Positions 1 through 13,946 of a DNA stretch of 64,000 nucleotides are shown in pieces. The stretch is from Geosiphon pyriformis uo1. Taxonomy: Eukaryota > Fungi > Glomeromycota. The notes beneath the pieces are model-generated. The model saw only the letters and a program-made list of their open reading frames with translations, ran no database searches and was not told the DNA's origin. Position 1 is the first letter of the stretch. Each line of letters opens with the position of its first letter. A program made the position numbers and the translations under genes. The stretch lies in contig JAAOMT010000699.1 in assembly GCA_016748015.1 (NCBI GenBank), forward strand, positions 1 through 64,000, written 5' to 3'.

Positions 1-3000
1 ATGTAGGCTTGGGCCAAAAAACCCACAGCTTCCTCAAGTTCCTAAATCATTTTCGACTAATAATTAGTGAAAGTTCAAGATCTCTCAACGATTTTAACAA
101 ACCTCGGTGTAATCCAGAAGCACTTGTGCTGCATCATGAAAAAGTCTTTTCTCCCCCAGAAGTTCTGGAAAATATTCTTTGATTAGATAATTGGAGAAAA
201 TTTTGGAAGGCTAAGAAAACCAACCGGAAAGCTCAATGGCCAATTTATATAAATCTTCTTTGGAAAATTTAAGTTGTTGGGCAATGACTAAAGCATCGCG
301 CCATAGACAAGCTTTTTTGAAAGCTTCTAAAGCATCGACCGGCTTTTCCGCTAAAGCATACGCTAAGATTGAAATAAAATAAAATATTGTTTTATATTGA
401 AGGTTGCATTTGCAAGTATAAAAATGGCTTACCCAACCCAGCTTCTTGGAATTTTGAATCTTGAAAGAGATGGTCAGCATACATTGAAACCACGATCTTT
501 GATTCATAATTATGAGATGTTCAATATTTGCATCAAATATTTAAAGCTCAATTGGAAACTTGCAGAAATTTGACATGCCTTATGCTTTTCAGGATTTTTA
601 GAAAAAATTCTTAATGCTGCTTTATACAGTTGATGCTTTCGAATATACTCAAAACAAAAATCGAGGTGTTTGTCGTCTATAATAATCAAAAAATTTATTA
701 GGAATATGCAAAACTAAATGAATCTTTGATGGGTTTTTTTGTAAGAAATACCAGCCAAACTTAAATTTTTCAAGGCCTTCTCAAAGCGTTTTAGATAATC
801 ATCAATTTTGAAGCGCTGATAATACTTTTCGTGAGATTGAAGCTCCGTTAAGAACGGTAAGTATTCACGGGGATCCTTATAGAAAATAAGTTTGAATAGT
901 CTTGGATGTTTTCCTTTTAAGTTTGAGAATTCCATTCTTAATACCAACTCTTTGAGATTGCTGAGCGACCATGAGGACGAGGCTGAAATCATAGAGACCT
1001 AAAGCGACATCGTAAAGTTTTTCGGGGTCAATTAAAAACGTGGTGAATTTGAGAGCAGATTCAGCGAAATCATGATCTTGGGCTAATCAAAAATTGTATT
1101 TTAGTATATATAAAAAGAGGATTTGTTTGGGAAATTAAAAGTTAATAGGAGTTTTTATAATCAAGCTTTAACCTTTAAGCTGGATCAACAAATTTAAAGC
1201 AGCTTCCAAATCCGGGGGAGTTTTTTGTATGTAAGTGGTCAATATTGATTGTATATATCGTCGTTGATCAACCTCCTCCAGTACTACTCTAATCGTATCA
1301 CATATTATATTAACTTTTCCAGGTGAATTTAATGGTTCCCTGTTTAAATTATAGCTAAGTTTTAGTTCGGCTAAAACAAATAACTTTTATGGATGATTAT
1401 TTGAGTTGATATTACCTGATTTTATGTGAAGATAATCTGGAGAGTTGAGGGTACAGAGAATGGGTAACATCTTGGTTCCTAGTTTGAAATAAATTATCCG
1501 TAAATATCAATATAATTCTTGCTATTCACACTTTTAAAATGTCATTTTACCGTATATTGGACAGAAAAAGATTTAAGTATTCAACTTCTGAAACTTGAGC
1601 AACGAACTCTTGTATATGTTCCAAGAAAGATTCAGGAGCATGATCATATAAAATGTTGAAATCAAGCTTGTGTTTGCGACATATCATGAAAGCAGATCGA
1701 TATTCGAGTCTGTGAAGGATATCGTGCTATTAGCGATATGAATAAAAATCGATACATAAGTGAGGAAGATTACCTATCAATATATTGCCTTACAGCACCC
1801 AAAACAAAAGCTCGTGGATAAATGGTTTCCAGATTGCCTCTGGGCATCTAATTTAATGAAACTTTGGTTAAGCCGTTTTTCTATCAAGCATGGATTAAAT
1901 TTACACAATTTACTTGTAGAACAAGAGACACGTCAAAATGAGACGCAATAATTATTTTAGCTCCTCTTTCAACACGGCGTCTTGATTCATCAAAAGCTTC
2001 TACAATGGCTTCAGAAGGTTTAAATTCTGGAATTCCAAATCATTATGGTTAAAATTATTTAACACTAGAAATACAGATAAAGAATGATGGCTTTTACCAG
2101 AAAGTTCAAGATGAAGTGAGATGAACCTGACGTTTTGATTGGAGGTTGTGAAAACCAAAAAATCATTGTGGATAAAGAAGGATGTACAATCAGCGGCAAG
2201 TATTATGTCATTGGCATATAGTTTATTTCCCTTGCTAAGACCTATAAACAAAAGCTGAACAAAGCTGGATTAAAATTATAGCCGAATATTCAATGTGAAT
2301 AATTGAAAATGAAGAAATTATTCGACACGAACATTTGTTGAACCTTCATTCCCCAAGCTAGTAGAGGAGATATATTCACAACATTCGGGAAAGCGTATGA
2401 GAGGATTGGGTTCAATTTCGATACAATTTACTTGATCAATTCCTTGATCGAACAAGACTACATGATTGAAGTAAAAATTGTCGAAAAAAGTCAAAGATTT
2501 ATTAAATTAAATGCAGGAAATTGGCTAACCTTTATAAATTGACCCTTCAACAGATTCAATAAATACTTCAGAAAGATGAGTATGAGTAGAAAGTCTTAGA
2601 ATGGTGCCAGGCGTCGAGCATCGAATTTGAGAGTCAATTTTAGGAGCCCCATCCTCATCAAAATATAAAGTTATTTTGATTATGAAATCTTCACAAGATG
2701 GGGAAGATTCCAAGCATAGGACGGTTTTACGATTGATCCAGATGATTTGCCTTAAAGAAACAACGGTTTCTTGCCCCAAAGGTCTAACAATAAACAATTG
2801 GTAAGAGAAAAACTGATTGAAAAAATATTAGCCAAACTAACTTGAAGGTTCCCAATAATCTTGGAGGCTTCATTGGAAGCCCTTGGAACAAAGAACTCCA
2901 ATCAAAGAGTGATATTTCATTAGTTGCTAAGAGAACAGCAAAGTCATTTCCATGATTTTCCATGGAAAAGGATACATCTACAGCTGGACGATCAAGAGGA

Positions 3001-5013
3001 ATATCAAAGGCACACATTGGAGGAGGAATATTTATATATCGGAAAGGAGTGACTAGGAGTGATGCTAAAAAGGAAATTCAGTGTTATATTGAAAAAAGAT
3101 TGCCATTTTTCACGATAAAAAGGAAAAATAAATACATCCATCAATAACAGCGACAGTTGCAGCGTTCTCTTTTGATATTTTGTTTGCGGTTAAAGTATCC
3201 CACACGTAATCGTGACAGTAGTAACCGTCTGTTGGTAATCAAAAATAGATGAAAGCTTTTAACATTTGAAGAATGGAAATAGCTCTGGAAATAAAAAGTT
3301 CACCTTCAGTAATATAATGTAGGCGTAAAGGTATTTCATTATCCCAAAAGATAGATATGATGGATTTACTAAGCACTGGTAAGATTTCTTGCTTTAAATA
3401 CCAATGATAATTACTTATACTCCACAATTGAACTAGTGAAGAAAATGGTCAAATAGTTGGTGATTTTTCTAGAGTGTTAGATGATCAAACGAAAACCCAA
3501 AATACCGTGTACGACTTGCGAATTATATTCCTTCCTTCCCAATAACAAAGCCAATATAGAAGAATCACAATTCCATAGTAGATCAATTACCTAGGAATAT
3601 AAGTTAGAGGCAATATTGATATTTTAAAAAATCAAGAAGACAAATTCCTACCCTATGTTTCTCTTTTTCACGCAGAGTAAAATAACCATGTCTTAGACCA
3701 TTTTTTTCGAAAAAACATATATCATGCCTATGATGTAATTTCTGTGAAGAGGCGATTAGATTTCCGAATGGCCTGTAGAATTCAAAGTTCCAATATGGTA
3801 CTGATTAACTTTAAATGATGATTTTCGAATTATGAAGTTGTAAATTATTTCTCTAACCTAAAAGCAAGAGTATGTTCTAATTTGTCAAAAGGTTCACAGG
3901 TACTTTGCAAAACTCCTGCACGGTTATAAATCCGAATGACGCGATGACCTATGATTGTCAATTGAATAAATTAACATGTAAATATTAGGAAATCGATAAA
4001 AAGGGTTGATTTATTACCTCTCCCCGGATCAATTGTTGAACAAGTAAAAAAACTCCCGTCGCCACACCAGGATATACGAGGAAGTAAATCATCATCATCA
4101 GATATTGTGTAGTCCGAAATATCTAACTTCTTTTGTGAGGCAGCTTTCCCTTCTGATCCATGAAATTGGGTTTCTTTTCGACCCCATCCTATGCTGATGG
4201 AGGCCGCTAATGAAATTGAATGGGGAAAATTCTTATTGAATGTATTATAGTTGGCTATTTTTCTAGGCCTCAATTCTACCTTCACCAGGATCCTCAACAT
4301 TCAGCAGAAATTCAGTTAATACTTCAAATTCCTTTGTTATAATTAAAATTGTCTCTTTGCCTGCGAGTAAATGATCTTCGATTAAATTTCCGTATAGCAA
4401 TGAAATGATAGTGAGAAATTAATAAAATTATCAAACACTGAGATCTAGTACCAGTGACTAGAACTCCTAATTCTTCGTCAGGACTCCATTGCATACACTG
4501 GATCCCTGATTCAACGCTGCCGACAATTTCTGGCTAAACATTTAAAATGAAGCATCAGCACAAATAAAATCAGCCAAAAATTCAAATATTGAGAACTTTG
4601 ACGCACAAGTTCTTTATCTCCAAATGGTTCATTGTGTAAAAGTAGGATCACACCACTTTTAAAGACCATACAACATGCTTGAACTTCAGACAAACATTTT
4701 ATGCAAATAATGGCATCTTTGGTAAAATCAAACTGTTGATTTGATAAGGAAGCCACCAAATTCATTCTAATATTGGCATTCTAATATAATGAAAATTTAT
4801 TTTAAATTTTATGAACTTATCCAAAAAAACCGATTTAATATATACATTATAGTTGGAAATTCGGAACAAATTAATAGAGAGAGGATTGTTTGAAAAGGTT
4901 GAAAGCAAAAGCTCTTTAGTTTCGGAATTAAAGGTCATATTAGTTTGGCTAGGAAGAACTTTATATCCTTCCCATGGAACGTAACCTCTAGTTAAAAATC
5001 TTAAACTTTTCAT
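1..5013 (-). CDS. ELP1: Elongator complex protein 1 (multi-exon; C-terminus runs off the window start)
   Basis: Exon peptides [47 protein letters not shown] and [13 protein letters not shown] are diagnostic of IKI3/Elp1. ATG at 5013 (MKSLRFL). Many short GT-AG introns and one GC-AG intron (497-578). Confidence 0.95.
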
Positions 5014-5726
5014 TCTGATCAAGGAGAAAGTGTTGAAAAATTAGAAATTTGAAAAATCGAGAGATCCCATCTATAAAATAAGCGTGAAACTTGGAATCAC
5101 ATGATTTCTCCTAAAAGAAAGTTAGGAGGTAAAATCCCCCCTTAAATGTTCTGGGGTATATATGAAATAAACCACTAATAATCCCAACTCCAAGTTGCCA
5201 GGCTGTGCAACAGACACAAATGGCCATGTGGGTGATAATTCCCGATAACGAGCCTTTTCGCGATTCTTTTTTGGCATATTTGTGCAACTTGGGGATTTCC
5301 ATAGCTTAACACCAAAAAATTACCTCTCTTTAACCAAAAGCATACAATCTCCTTGGCCGTTACCCTTTCCTCGCTCTCTTCTAATCTTTCCTTCTATCTC
5401 ACTCTAATCTGGCATTCCTCTTATCCGTCCCACGATCTGTTTCCTCATAATCTCCAGGAATTAAAGTTGGGTGGTACGTTAACTACCTTCTTGGCCCTCT
5501 TTCATCCGAAACCTTCTTTTCCTTCACCCTAATCAAGAAACCACCAAAACCGCTTCCTGAAACTTATAGCACCTGGTAGTGTTATTTGGTCGGCTTTCCT
5601 ACCCCTTATAGCCAACGAATCAGGCCAAAAGAAACTTCTCATTCGACCGAACTACGCCTTTTTAACCTTTCTTGTTGTTAAATAAAGCAACATACCCGCC
5701 ACAAAGTCATCCTATAAACCGTAATA

Positions 5727-7336
5727 ATGGGCTTGGTACTTTCACATTTGGGCAAAGGGAGTGGTGACGCAATGGTGCCAGATTTGAATCTTGACCTGGA
5801 AAGTAAGTTATTTACTTTTTCGCTACAATATTCCCTTAATGCACTTTCAAATGTACTAAGTAGAAGTTTTCTCTAGAATCAAGCCTTAAATTTTCAATGC
5901 AAGTCAATTAATATTTTTGTTCCTCCGACCACATTTTTAGACTAAATTTTATTTTGTTTCTATTATTTTGAAAATCATAATCAACACATTTTTATGTTCT
6001 TTTATTAATTCTTTATTCAAGACGCCACACCAACACAGGCTGAACTAGGTCTATACGGTCACGTTTCTACTCTCCTTCGGCCTACTGATGCTCTTCTTGA
6101 TTCCTTGAAACGATATGAAGGTTGTGGAGAACTTATTCGAAAAGCAATATCCAATCCAACACCTGATAACGAAGAAGAGGCTTGGCAAGCTGTTCAACCT
6201 GCTGTTGCAAAACTAAAACGTTACTTTGAATATTCAGCCTCATTGGGTGAATAATGTACTTTTATTTGGTTTTGATAAAAATATTTCGATATTAATCTTC
6301 GAATTCAATAGAGGATGCTTTACCTGAACTCCTGAAAGCGCTTTGCGAGGGTAATGTCCGACAGAACATTGAACAATACCAAGCTCTTACGAAATTATTA
6401 GCAGATATATTGGATTTTGCGTTTGAATTTGATTATTTGAAGGTTTGCTCTTTATAAAATTTTTTTAAAACTTACATTGTTTAACAAAAAAATAAAAATT
6501 TTAGAATCATTATCTGCTTTTATAGATGAAAACCCCTTCAATTCAAAATGACTTCTCATATTATCGTCGAACACTAAGCCGGGGAAAACTCGCAAATGAA
6601 GTAAGCGATTTTTAAATAATTGTTCTTGCTATCAATTGGAATTTTTCTAAATTCGCAATTCTTTTACTTAAATAGACAGACCTGAAAACTGCTATGATTG
6701 AAGATGAGTTGGCCAACAGAATTGCTTTATTTTATGCATATCCAACACCTATGCTAAAAACTGTAACCGATGTGACTGCATTATTTGTTGCCAAGGTAAA
6801 AATTTATGAATTTTATTAAATTAGAAATTATTAATTTTTCAATTCAAATTTATTATAATAGAATAATCTAGGTAGAAGTGTATCGGAATGTTTAGCAGGA
6901 TTGGCAGCGGCATGTTACCATTCCGTAACAAAGAAGAGGTTATAATACGATTTTTGTTTCGCTACATATTATTAGTCAATTTTAATAGCTAATGTTACTT
7001 TGTTTTGTTGTTACAGAACTCAACGATCTGAAATGATCGCCTTTTGTCTACGAGTGATGGTTGTATCCATTATTTTATATGATCATATTGACCCTCAGGG
7101 AGCATTTAATAAGCAATCCCCTATCAATGTAAGTTAACTCGAAGAATTAATTTCAATTACAATTTTGAATAAATTTTCTAAATATTTTTTTTTAGATAAA
7201 GTCTTCAGTCAAGGCAATTCAAGCTCATGGAACGACTGAATACTCGAACCTGATGTCTGCTCTACGTTTCAATACAAAACATCTAAATGATGACTCGACA
7301 CCAAAGAATATAAAGCAGCTTTTGAGTAGTCATTGA
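5727..7336 (+). CDS. CYRI: CYRI/FAM49 (CYFIP-related Rac1 interactor, DUF1394), 8 exons; absent from the ORF track
   Basis: Spliced by hand: MGLVLSHLGKGSGDAMVPDLNLDLE|NATPTQAE...IRKAISNP...AWQAVQP...ILDFAFEFDYLK|MKTPSIQNDFSYYRR...LANRIALFYAYPTPMLK...CLRVMVVSIILYDHIDPQGAF...ALRFNTKHLNDDSTPKNIKQLL. Introns at about 5803-6021, 6248-6311, 6444-6525, 6601-6676, 6796-6861, 6939-7016, 7129-7196. Confidence 0.95.
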
Positions 7337-8839
7337 AACAACATCAGGCTAGAGTTCCAAAAAGACGTTCAATAACCTTTCATTTATTTTTTACATTTTT
7401 TCGTACCCTATTAGTTTTGCTTCGAGTCTTTTACTTATCTTTTGACATCGCCTTTTTTTCGCCTTACGGTCTGAACTTATCTTTGGCCTACTAATTATTG
7501 ATGAGGTGTCGTACTGGAGGACGAAAGGAGTGGGCTGGCCTACTTGCTTAGCTCTTCCACTCCCCTTTTAATGTTATTTATTGTGGGCAAGCTTTATGTC
7601 ACGCAGTTGGTTGGCGAACCAGATTCTCCAAAAGTATTTTATATGTGATTGAGGATTTTGTATGCGACATTTATGTACTTCAAACCTCTCATTCACATAC
7701 AAGTAATTATGCTTTGGAAATGTAGATATCTATACAGAAATCGTTATTCATATCTTCAATTCAAGGGGGAATGTCTGCACAATGGAACAAACAACTTCTC
7801 TATAAATTTGATTTGATTTGATTTGTATGAGTAGTTGTAAAAGTAAAACTTATAATTTTGTTTTATGTTATTAAATGATATCTGTTCACTATTCTTCATT
7901 AGAATGAAGCCAATTGATCAATTTTCAACTGATGTTTATTTTCATGTAACACCAATCTTGGTTTTACATACTGAACATATAAGATGTGTTGTAATTATTA
8001 TTTTCAAAATTAGTTTATTATTTAATAAAATTATAACTAATTAATAAATAAACCAAAATAACTTAATTGTTTTAAATTAAAGACAATTTTAATGTTTGAA
8101 TTATTATTATGTAGCATTTTTAATATTTTAAATTTAGTTGTTATGTAATTTTTTAATTAAGTTTTTTTATATTTTTACAATTAACAACCAATATTTTTTT
8201 TCCGTATATAATTAAAAACAATTATGTAAACTTTATAATCTTATTAATAATTAATCTTCTAAATTTTAACACAAATTTTATAATTTAAATTATATAAAGC
8301 TGCTTTATAATTTTATTTTATAATACTTTTAATTAAAAACTTAATTATATTAACATAAATTTTTTTTAAAAAAATTTTTAATTAAAATTATTATTTATTA
8401 AACTAATAAGTACATTTTCAAAAAATTAAAATACAAGTTAACTAAAAAACTTAATTAATAAAAATTTAAATTTAAATAAATTAATAATTAATTTATTTAC
8501 TATTAAAAAACAATTAAAATTTAAAATAAATTTTAATCTGAATTTTAATAAAGTTTTTTTTTAAAATTATACAAAAATTTAAATTTTATTTTATTGTTAA
8601 AAATTTAATAAAATTTTTGTTTATATTATTTTTAATTTTAAAAAAAAAATTTACAAAATTAATAAGTACTCTTATTAAATTAAAATTATTGATAAAAAAA
8701 CAAATAAATTATTAATTCAACTTATAATTAATATATATATATATAAATTTAATATAAGTAAAGTTATTTTTATATACATTAATAATATTTGTATTAAACT
8801 AATATAAAATATTAAAAACCAACATATATAATAAATAAT

Positions 8840-11800
8840 TTTTTTTTATTAATATTTAATAAGTAAAGTCCAATTGCTATCTAATATATAAAACCAAACT
8901 AAATGACTTAAACTAAATACAGTTTACACTTTTATTACATTGTTACGGGATGGTTTTCTTGTTATATTTAATTGCTGATATCCCGCTTTAATTGCAATCA
9001 GTCTTTCGTGAGTTCCTCAATTCTATTTGTGTGATAATGTCACTTGTTACACTGAAGGCTTTCTTTTACTGTTGCAATGTAAGTTATTCTTTAATTCTTG
9101 ATTGTTGTGTGTGTTTATGTACTCCTTCTCAGAGGCTGAACTGAAATCTACCCACTGTCTGGGGTCTTCTCTGAGGCTATCCTTGCAATTGCCTGATGTG
9201 TTTCTCTAATCTAGAAACACAGAATGTTAATAGTCTTTAGCGCTTTTCTAATTCTCACAATAAAGCTTTTATCAATTAGTAACAACGTGAATAATCTTGA
9301 TCAAGGATTATTCTTCCAAGGGATTCAGTTGATGAATGATAGTTTCATTCAATAAATAATACAAGTAAGTTTCTTAATACTTTGGGTTGTGATAGTTCCG
9401 TTTTAAATATTTTTTTTCATTTCTTTTTGATTTTTAAAGGTTTCTTGGGATATTTAATTTGAAAGTATGATTTGATAAGTTATGATTTTTATTACTTGAT
9501 TAATTCTTTCCCAATATTAAAACTACTGTATATATACATGTTTGTAGTTCTACGAGAAAATACTTTCTTTTTGATATTTCAACTTGGTGCTTGCTGCTAT
9601 CACCAATTGGTGTTGGCTGCTATTGTGAACTGGTGCTTGCCACTATCGCGAGATGGTGTTTGCTACTATGTTAATCATTATCTTTCTAAGATTATTACTG
9701 TGCTATATTATGATTGAATAGTTTGTATTATTTTTATGATTCTTTTTGCTAAATTCTTAAACCATAACAACATGTAATTAACCACTTAGGTCAGACAAAG
9801 CAACATTAAATATTTATATTAATATATATATTATCACTCAAACCAGAAAAAAAAAACATAATTTGCATTAATAAAACTAATCACAAAAAATTCTATTATA
9901 CTAAGCAACTGAATTATATTATTTAATAGTATAGACACCATATTACAAAACAAATTTAAAACCAAATTATTATCTTTGACTAATTCAGCTTTTTCTATAT
10001 TTAATCTATATTTGAATCTTATGAATTATACTTTAGTATAATGCAATTCTATCAGATGTTTTACATATTTAACAATAGTAAAAGCAACTTTTGCTCTTTT
10101 ATCAAAAACTGTAATAATCTCTGCATGCCAATCTTTTAACACAAATTTTTTGTAAATTACTATATATAAACTAATATTCAAAGAACACAAAAAAAGAAAG
10201 ACAGCAAATATCTATTAATAAAATTTACTGTTTAGAAATTTCTGCCAAAATATTTTTCCAAACATTATTATTTTTAGCATAAGTAAAAACATAGTTAGAT
10301 AATTTTATTTCATCATACAGCAAATACAGCATACTAGAATATGTCTTATTATATAACTTCTTTTTAACTATTATTGGTAGCTTTTTATGTACAATTTTAT
10401 TAAATACATATGTTAATTGGCAAATTTTCTATTAGTAAATTCAAAAAGCATATGCAAGTTAAAATGCCAAACTCTTATAATAGCCAGTCAATTTATTTTC
10501 CTAATTAGTACACTTAGAATTATATTATAATCAGAGCTGGTTTTCTATTAAGCATAACAAATAAATCTGTATAAATTATGAACAAAATAACAAATATTGT
10601 CAAACACAGCTATTTTTTTAACCATTATAAACTATTTTTAAACTTTAATCAGCAAAAAAAAAAGAATATAAACAGTCTTATTTGTTATTATATTAGCTTT
10701 AATATTGTTTAAAATACCTGTATTACTTTTAATTTTTATTTATTTAACAAAAAAATCTTTATTTTTAATTAGATTAGGAACATGTTTTCTCTTTATTTAA
10801 TACTAATTACAAAAGTCTGGTGCAATAAACAAAATTTCAGATATATATGTATTAATAGCAACTTGATTATTTAGATACAAAACTATTATACAAGAAGATA
10901 AAATACATTCTAAAAACAGAGCAACAGCTTATAATTCAGCTATTGTAGAAAACAAAAGCTTATGTACTTTAATATTATTATTTACATTTACAGCTAAAAA
11001 GTAGACAGTCACTTTACTAGTAATCTTAGTAAAACCAATGTATTTTAAAAATTTATTTATGTAGATCTTAATAGAACCAAACCAAATCTTAAACAATTCT
11101 TTCTGCATATTAAAAAACTTTTTAGATTTTAAAATATCTAAACCAAGTAACTTATTAACATTTACAGAATTAACTACTAAAGAATCCTTATTACTTAAAA
11201 ATTTTAATGTTAGCTTAAACCAATAAGACACAAAGTCTCTAGAATTCAATTTTTTTTATCAATAAAACATTTTTTAGTTCATTACAATTCCTTTTTTATT
11301 TAGAAATTTGTTAGCAAATGCAACTTCAAACCACTTTAAAAAAAAACAAAACTATAATACAAAAATTTTTCCAAAATATTTGACATTAAAAATCTGTTAG
11401 AACCATAAAATACATTGGGTAAATTGTTTACTAAAGATAAATTATTATTCAAAAAATACTTTACTGTCTTAGCCAAAAAATTGTTTACTAGATTAACATA
11501 TAACTTAACAGAAAACTGCAAAAAATTTGAAGAAAACTATCTCAAAATCTTTAAATTCAAGAATTTATATTTAAACAAATGCTTAAAAATACCCAATATA
11601 TTAAGAAAAACAATTAATAAAGCCATTTTTTTTTTAAATTACATTTGCTTAAAAAGCTTTAAACTATACAAAAATAGATAATGTAAAGTCTTATTAAGAA
11701 AGTCTTATAGCAAATCAGTCTTGGTTTTAAGATTTTTTTGATTATTATATTTTATTTACAACACATATTTAATAAAACAAAACTAAACTGTAATTAATAG

Positions 11801-13110
11801 TTAACTATAAACTGCAAAACAGCCAATATCAGATAAAAAAACTGCTTATTTGTAATTATTTTTTTCAATATTATATTAGAAAAAAACCTGATATTTGTAT
11901 AAGTCTGGGCTATATTAAACTAAAAATTATCTAAATATTTGTATAAATTACTATTTTTAACAATTGAAATTAGCAAATCACTAATTATTAATGAAGCAGT
12001 TTTAATATTTTGGTTAATAGAAATAGCCACTGTTTTTTTATTATTAATTAAAATATTATTAATATTAAAAAACTTATTAGCAATATTTAAAATATATTGT
12101 GTAAAATTTTGGCTATTCCCAATCCAAATTGTGTTATCAACAAAGACACTAGCAGCAAAACATAAAGTTTTTTCTCTAATAGCCTTAATTCTGCCAATTT
12201 TGACCACAAATTTAGTATTAACTTGGTATTTACATAAGTGTTTATGTCTTTTAACTTTACACAAAAGTGGATCATAGAAAATTCTTTAGAAAAAAGGAAA
12301 AAAAATCTTATTTTAATCTAATTTATTATGTATACTAGTTTTCAGATAATATTACTTTATTAAATTATAAGCCTTATATATATTTTACAAAACTAATCAA
12401 AGCTTTTTATTTTTCTCTAATGTATTTTTAACAACTTATTTAATAACAAAAATAAGAGACTAAATTGAGGTACTTTTTAATACCAAAAAATTATTATTAC
12501 AAAAAACATTGAATTTACTATATGCTAAAAATATTCAATTAGAAAGAATTTTTTTAGGTGTTTTAATCAATACAATAGACTAAATATTCATTAAAAATAC
12601 TATTTTATTCATAAGATTTAAGAATCATTAAAACTTATACTCTTTTTCAAGAAACTAAAATTATGTTCAAAGTTAAACACAAATTTAACAATTTCAAAAA
12701 ACATTTTAACACTCTATTATTACAATGTTTTCACAGTTTATTTGGAATTTCTAATAATTCAATAGTCTTGCCATCTGATAAATTATCAATCACTAAAACT
12801 AAATTTTCATATTAATTTTTTTTATCATATCAAAAAAGGTACTATCATCTACATAATTCAAAAATATATATTGACAAGATCAATATTTAAATATTCTTGA
12901 AAATACTGACTATTTTCTCATCTATTCTTTTATAATTTTATTAACTCTAAGCTTTATTTTATTAAACTTTACTGTTAATTTATTTCTAACTACCAAGTAA
13001 TCTAAAACAAACAAAAAAATAAATAAATAAACTATTTTATTAGTAAAAACATTAATAATTTTATTATTTGCAATATTTAAGCTTAAATTAAATAACAAAA
13101 ATTTTTTTAA
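8840..13110 (-). mobile_element. Heavily eroded 3' portion of a LINE (RT, RNase H, 3' UTR, poly(A)), interrupted by a solo LTR
   Basis: ORF 11920-12264 (SVFVDNTIWIGNSQNFTQYILNIANKFF) matches the RT of the 20-27 kb LINE (SAFVNDTIWVGSSQSTTQHILNVASEFF). The reverse complement of 8840-8940 joined to 9770-9810 reproduces the family 3' UTR and A-tail. Confidence 0.88.
8941..9769. mobile_element. Solo LTR (~830 bp) with 4-bp TSD ACAT
   Basis: Begins TGTTACGG and ends CCATAACA (inverted termini, TG...CA). ACAT at 8937-8940 and 9770-9773. Splits the LINE 3' UTR. Contains ~23-bp tandem units at 9581-9672. Confidence 0.8.
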
Positions 13111-13946
13111 CAAAAATAATATTCAATAATAATTATAAAAATTTAACAATATTAATTTAAATTTAAAAACACATATATTTAAGACTATTTAACTATTAAA
13201 ATAAATTATAATTATATTAAATATTAAAATATATTTAAAAATCAAAATAATAATTTGTAATTAATAATATTAATTCACAAATTTACATATTTATATTCAA
13301 ATTTAAATTGTTAAAAAAAGCTAAAATATTACTAATAATATTAAAAAAATTCAAATTTATTAAAAATTTATTTATAAAAATATTAATAATATTCAAATTT
13401 GCTTTTTTTAAACATTTTTTAATTACAAAAAATTGTTTAAAATGTAAATATTTTAATAATAAAAACTTAAAACTATAATTAAATTAGTCTTATAAAAGTT
13501 ACTAATTTGAAAATAATTTATAATAACTTTAAATTAATAAAATATAAAACTCTTTAGATTTAAATTTTTTCAATAATAAAATATTTTTTAATTAAAAATA
13601 TGGTCATATTTATTTATAAGTTAATTACCAAAAACCATACCAAATTTTTTTAAAGAATAAATTATATCATAATATAATAAAACTTTTAAAATATCTAATA
13701 TTAGCTAAACAAAACAACTATAATTATTATATATTAACATAATAATAAATATTATTGTAAAATAATTTATTATATATAATTTATAAATTGTTAAAAAATA
13801 AAAATAAAGAATATATATATTTATATATTTATTAAGTTAATATTTTTATTGATCAACTAGCAGATAATTACAACAGATAACGTGACCGTTGAAATAGCAC
13901 AAGATTAAAATTGAGGAAGTAGAAAAAACGACCATCTAAATCAATC

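Noticed and set aside
7498-7570. Hammerhead ribozyme or SECIS (TGATGAG...GACGAAA)
   Set aside because: Core lacks the C of CUGAUGA, there is no proper stem I or NUH cleavage triplet, and CYRI has no in-frame Sec codon.
9472-13113. Short K/N/I/L/F-rich ORFs as genes, organellar insertions or alternative-code genes
   Set aside because: They are eroded LINE/LTR sequence or antisense frames; composition reflects A/T erosion.
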